Assembly: GCA_013265495.1 (NCBI GenBank)
Contig: MU058531.1
Location: 2,170,911-2,234,910, forward strand
Origin: Vicugna vicugna
Taxonomy: Eukaryota
Length of the DNA: 64,000 nucleotides
Direction of reading: 5' to 3'
Shown here: piece by piece, positions 63,301-64,000 of the stretch
How positions within the stretch are numbered: the first letter of the stretch is position 1
How the letters are laid out: the number at the start of each line of letters is the position of its first letter
Translations under genes and position numbers: made by a program
The notes under the pieces: generated by a model
The model's input: only the letters and a program-made list of their open reading frames with translations
Database searches by the model: none
What the model was told of the DNA's origin: nothing

Positions 63301-63779
63301 GGCTGGTGAGAATTTTATAAGTCAATAAAGTATTTCATAGGCCTGAAGGCTGGTTTAAAGTCATATTATTTTTCCTCTACCACAAAGTAAATATATGATA
63401 TCACTCATTATTATTTTCTTTTTCATAAAACCCAGGGGGAGGGAATAAAATGGTTAAAATACCTTTTGTTAAGCTATAAAGCTGTGAAGACATCTTTGTA
63501 AAAATAATAATTACTATTATAAACATGATAAGTGAACAAAGTTGGATAATTTATAGGGTATTCAGTATTACCTGTCTAGGGCACCTTCTAGGTGCTCATG
63601 GGAAACATCAAAATAGTAATTGGTATGTTCTCCACTAGTAAAGGCATTTGAACTTCCTGCATGCTCACTGAGAAACTGGCTGTATTCATTTTCTTTAGGG
63701 TATTTCTTTGTTCCCAAAAATAGCATATGTTCACAAAAATGACTTAAGCCAGCAATATTTGCAGGATCTGACAAGGAAC
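5562..63779 (-). CDS. IDE: Insulin-degrading enzyme (insulysin, M16A family), partial gene: exons 3-25, 5' end outside window
   Basis: Spliced exons translate to the recognisable IDE sequence ([25 protein letters not shown]...[11 protein letters not shown]). HXXEH inverted zinc motif present; all GT-AG introns with compatible phases. Confidence 0.99.
6259..6326 (-). CDS. IDE: IDE exon 24 (68 nt) [22 protein letters not shown]
   Basis: tttttgtag|GTCCT...ACAA|gtaaga. Confidence 0.96.
7057..7129 (-). CDS. IDE: IDE exon 23 (73 nt) [24 protein letters not shown]
   Basis: cccgcctag|GAAAT...TCTT|gtaagt. Confidence 0.96.
8366..8693. mobile_element. hAT-Charlie-type non-autonomous DNA transposon fossil
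   Basis: Ends resemble Charlie termini (cactgct...ttccaaactg / ggaaatgctg), with internal repeated ttcccaaact motifs. Confidence 0.45.
9145..9330. mobile_element. MIR SINE
   Basis: MIR core-like aagtaacttggccagggtcacagagctag...ggagctgaga. Confidence 0.6.
9575..9683 (-). mobile_element. L1MA/MB 3' end fragment
   Basis: ttttttaaagcagtttgggttcacagcaaaactgagtggaagg...gatttcccacatacc. Confidence 0.6.
11170..11231 (-). CDS. IDE: IDE exon 22 (62 nt) [20 protein letters not shown]
   Basis: tttttcag|ATAAT...TAAG|gtaagt. Confidence 0.96.
11400..11700. mobile_element. MIR SINE fragments (two, opposite orientation)
   Basis: cttcagtttcctcatcgggaaattggagataa and gaaaacggaggcccaaaaaaggtgacttggctgag. Confidence 0.55.
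12227..12499 (-). CDS. IDE: IDE exon 21 (273 nt) YIVFSGPRR...YNFDR
   Basis: tgtttcag|GCTAC...AGAG|gtaagg; ORF 12183..12518. Confidence 0.97.
13861..14028 (-). CDS. IDE: IDE exon 20 (168 nt) GWFVYQQRN...LRTKEQL
   Basis: ttttctag|GGGGA...CTGG|gtgagg. Confidence 0.96.
14540..14680. mobile_element. MIR SINE
   Basis: agatgaggaaactaagaccctgagaagcggggtgacttgtccaaggacaca core. Confidence 0.65.
16031..16171 (-). mobile_element. Camelid tRNA-derived SINE (Vic-1-like) with TSD
   Basis: Minus strand GAGGGTATAGCTCAGTGGTAG...GGTCCTGGGTTCAATCCCCAG (A and B boxes), A-rich tail; TSD tgttactgacaattcttt (16013-16030) / tgttattaacaattcttt (16172-16189). Confidence 0.85.
16640..16751 (-). CDS. IDE: IDE exon 19 (112 nt) AALGIMQM...VQLPD
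   Basis: ttccacag|GCTGC...GACA|gtaagt. Confidence 0.96.
17260..17420. mobile_element. MIR SINE
   Basis: ttttataggtaaggaaactgag...actagtaggtggcagagtcaggatctgaatctagg. Confidence 0.65.
17703..17794 (-). CDS. IDE: IDE exon 18 (92 nt) VTLPRLKA...NITKQ
   Basis: tttacag|ATGTC...GCAG|gtaggt. Confidence 0.96.
17865..18740 (-). mobile_element. L1MB/MC 3'UTR fragment, antisense
   Basis: tttgagataatttgaaacttacaagagttgtaaaaatagt...ttgcatttagtggtcatgtgtccttag. Confidence 0.7.
20539..20659 (-). CDS. IDE: IDE exon 17 (121 nt) YMRSLNNF...KEALD
   Basis: ttcactag|TATAT...GATG|gtgaga. Confidence 0.97.
21058..21108. repeat. (TGTA)/(TG)n microsatellite
   Basis: Directly visible. Confidence 0.9.
21642..21752 (-). 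CDS. IDE: IDE exon 16 (111 nt) [10 protein letters not shown]...IKEA
   Basis: ttctgtag|CTCTC...GGCA|gtaagt. Confidence 0.96.
23620..23764 (-). CDS. IDE: IDE exon 15b (145 nt, mutually exclusive paralog of 15a) [12 protein letters not shown]...MNAIL
   Basis: ttttgttag|TCGCT...ACTT|gtaagt; same length and phase as 15a, 26/49 identical residues; ORF 23533..23805. Confidence 0.93.
24254..24398 (-). CDS. IDE: IDE exon 15a (145 nt, canonical) [12 protein letters not shown]...IYGMY
   Basis: ttcttccag|CCCAT...GTAT|gtaagt; ORF 24203..24463. Confidence 0.97.
25215..25620 (-). mobile_element. L2 3' fragment
   Basis: attcattcattcagcaaat... terminus and typical L2 body (tctctgataaggtgacat, ggaaacagctagcacaaagg). 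Confidence 0.7.
27468..27550 (-). CDS. IDE: IDE exon 14 (83 nt) DTAMSKLWF...NFEFF
   Basis: atcacag|GATAC...TCAG|gtatgt. Confidence 0.96.
27894..28416 (+). mobile_element. ERVL-MaLR solo LTR (MLT1E/F-like)
   Basis: Begins gtggcagccagcctccaagg; ends ...aataaacgtttgtggttttaag...gtaatttgttacacagcaatggataactaacaca, the typical MLT1 3' end. Confidence 0.8.
28586..28731 (+). mobile_element. Camelid tRNA-derived SINE (Vic-1-like) with tandem-duplicated 5' 19 bp
   Basis: (GGGGAGGGTGTAGCTCGGT)x2 GGTAGAG...GAGTTCAATCCT, C-run and poly(A) tail. Confidence 0.85.
29571..29693 (-). CDS. IDE: IDE exon 13 (123 nt) KWQNADLNG...PSLIK
   Basis: catccag|AAATG...TAAG|gtaaca. Confidence 0.96.
30721..30823 (-). 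CDS. IDE: IDE exon 12 (103 nt) VAIVSKSF...DEVIK
   Basis: tctctag|GGTTG...TAAG|gtaagg. Confidence 0.96.
33308..33354. repeat. (TG)n(CG)n compound microsatellite
   Basis: 47 bp uninterrupted purine-pyrimidine alternation. Confidence 0.9.
34380..35075 (+). mobile_element. CR1/L3 LINE fossil (RT N-terminal part plus L3/MIR3-type 3' end)
   Basis: Decayed translation [14 protein letters not shown]...[14 protein letters not shown]...HGFTKNNS resembles CR1 ORF2 motifs EDWKxANVxPIFKKG...NYRPVSLTSIPGKIL...HGFTKNKS. Confidence 0.65.
35985..37215 (-). mobile_element. Old antisense L1 fragment interrupted by a younger L1 3' end
   Basis: L1 antisense motifs on both sides of 36375-36759. Confidence 0.75.
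36375..36759 (+). mobile_element. L1MA/MB 3' end, sense, nested, with TSD
   Basis: gatgaatggataaagaaaaagtgg...aaaatggttaaaatgataaattttg...ccacaataaaaa; TSD aaatcaattgacca / aaatcaactgatca. Confidence 0.8.
38018..38231 (-). mobile_element. Short L1 3'-end insertion (laurasiatherian/artiodactyl type) with 14-bp TSD
   Basis: ttttattgaagtatagtcagttacaatgtt...atatagttccctgtgctatacagta; TSD gaactgacactttg (38004-38017) / gagctgacactttg (38232-38245). Confidence 0.8.
38576..38679 (-). CDS. IDE: IDE exon 11 (104 nt) YYPLEEVL...PENV
   Basis: ttttaaaaag|TATTA...TCCG|gtgagt. Confidence 0.96.
39205..39920 (-). mobile_element. L2 3' fragment
   Basis: attcattcattcattcaacaag...tgtgccaggcactgttttaggtgctg plus the typical G-rich L2 body. 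Confidence 0.8.
40217..40297 (-). CDS. IDE: IDE exon 10 (81 nt) [18 protein letters not shown]...ILH
   Basis: cattttag|GACTT...GCAC|gtaagt. Confidence 0.97.
41286..41377 (-). CDS. IDE: IDE exon 9 (92 nt) HVEDIILH...FQECK
   Basis: ttttccag|TACAT...CAAG|gtactt. Confidence 0.96.
41823..41915 (-). CDS. IDE: IDE exon 8 (93 nt) [16 protein letters not shown]...EEGL
   Basis: gttacag|GCTGG...TTAT|gtaagt. Confidence 0.96.
42614..42776 (-). CDS. IDE: IDE exon 7 (163 nt) QLYKIVPIK...SELKSK
   Basis: ttccccag|CAACT...AAGG|gtgagt; read manually (not in ORF track). Confidence 0.96.
43283..43395 (-). CDS. IDE: IDE exon 6 (113 nt) SLDDLTNL...EEHLK
   Basis: tcttgtag|AATCT...TAAA|gtaagt. Confidence 0.97.
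43475..43572 (+). mobile_element. Tiny L1 3'-end insertion with perfect 11-bp TSD
   Basis: tgtggtacaccttaaatttacacaa...tcaataaagctgg; TSD atcttaggatc at 43464-43474 and 43573-43583. Confidence 0.7.
44280..44700 (+). mobile_element. Old L1ME-type 3' fragment
   Basis: aagatgttcacagcagcactgtttgtaacaacaataaaaactggaaatgacctaaacatc. Confidence 0.6.
46220..46470. mobile_element. MIR SINE
   Basis: gagcatttgctgtgtgccaggcatg...tttacaaatgcaaaaactgagattcagaga. Confidence 0.65.
46645..46870 (-). mobile_element. L2 3' fragment
   Basis: ttattcattcaatatttatttaccaagtgcctatgatgtaccaagcac. Confidence 0.6.
47611..47733 (-). CDS. IDE: IDE exon 5 (123 nt) NKYTLETR...CVLGR
   Basis: cctttcag|GTAACA...CGAG|gtaaga. 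Confidence 0.97.
50540..50651 (+). mobile_element. Camelid tRNA-derived SINE (Vic-1-like), 3' tail missing
   Basis: GAGGGTGTAGCTCAAGTGGTAG...GGTCCTGGGTTCAATCACCAGTACCTCC...aaacctaattacc. Confidence 0.85.
50950..51580 (+). mobile_element. Old L1ME-type fragment
   Basis: gacaccaaatactgtttaggtatgtggagaaatgagaactc...gaatgctcaaagcagcactgtt. Confidence 0.6.
52512..52661 (-). mobile_element. Camelid tRNA-derived SINE (Vic-1-like), diverged
   Basis: Minus strand GGAGGTTATAGCTCAAGTGGTAGAACACTTGCTTAGCATGCACGAGGG...CCAGTACCTCC. Confidence 0.8.
52975..53920 (+). mobile_element. L1MC-type 3'UTR fragment
   Basis: ggtgctagggaaccaactc...ttgaaaactggtaaatgaaggga...gtgaagtgatacaatgtctgggat. Confidence 0.7.
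54590..54800. mobile_element. MIR SINE
   Basis: ctctgaaatcttggtttactcatctataagatggaaataataa...aaagtgcttagtaca. Confidence 0.6.
56060..57375 (-). mobile_element. Old antisense L1 fragment
   Basis: gaatttatttttgtacatggtgtgaga, cccattcatgaaaatgg, ttttatcaaatgcttttcctaagtctactgaaatgat. Confidence 0.7.
58835..59040 (-). mobile_element. Short L1 3'-end insertion, same family as 38018-38231
   Basis: ttgaagtacagttgatttacaatgtt...atatagttccctatgctatacagtagg. Confidence 0.8.
60299..60468 (-). CDS. IDE: IDE exon 4 (170 nt) [10 protein letters not shown]...SKFGT, includes third Zn ligand Glu in VDSEHEKN
   Basis: cccttag|GTTTGC...GACAG|gtttgt. Confidence 0.97.
60725..61511 (-). mobile_element. ERV LTR, MER21-like solo LTR
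   Basis: Minus strand starts TGTGATATTGTGATTTATGATAAGAAATATATCTTTGGTCTT; internal ttcaattaatttgctaga..gctcacaggactcagagaaac typical of MER21. Confidence 0.7.
63572..63779 (-). CDS. IDE: IDE exon 3 (208 nt), contains HFCEH zinc-binding motif
   Basis: ttctctttcag|GTTCC...GACAG|gtaata; ORF 63568..63774. Confidence 0.97.
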
Positions 63780-64000
63780 CTGAAAGAGAAGAGACAAATC
63801 TATATAAAAAACATTTTTTTTAAAATGTTGAAAGATATCAAGTACTGATGAATCACAGATGATTTGGAAATTTTGTTAGTATGACAAATCTAACCATACA
63901 GTCAGAGCAAGTTAAGCATAGGCTACTCTAAAATGGTGTTGTTTAGATTCTAGTCCCAGCTTCAGTTTGTTTGTGACCGTCGGCAGACACTTAACTTCTA

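Noticed and set aside
1..64000. A novel multi-gene system, second gene or processed pseudogene in the window
   Set aside because: All recognisable coding sequence belongs to IDE. I saw no other exon chain, retrocopy or ncRNA gene by eye, although weak ones could be missed without searches.

Overview
Mammalian genomic DNA, probably camelid judging by four Vic-1-type tRNA-derived SINEs. The window holds most of the insulin-degrading enzyme gene (IDE, insulysin, M16A zinc metalloprotease) on the minus strand: exons 3-25 (63779 down to the TGA at 5562-5564) plus the 3'UTR. Exons 1-2 lie beyond the right edge. I walked every exon boundary by hand. All introns are GT-AG, phases are consistent, and the joined frame with exon 15a or 15b (2777 nt) is open. 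It keeps the inverted Zn motif HFCEH and ends in the PTS1 tripeptide AKL. The most striking structure is the duplicated, mutually exclusive 145-nt exon pair 15a/15b, which is already known in mammalian IDE. The introns carry ordinary eutherian repeats (L1, L2, CR1/L3, MIR, MLT1, MER21, hAT fossils). I found no convincing new biological system. The best leads are splicing hypotheses: a QKI/RBFOX motif cluster after 15b, re-splicing-competent junctions at exons 3/4 and 4/5, an in-frame alternative donor after exon 21, and several exon-like cassettes in introns 11, 14 and 22. All need transcript data. Repeat family names are from recognition by eye, and their boundaries are approximate.
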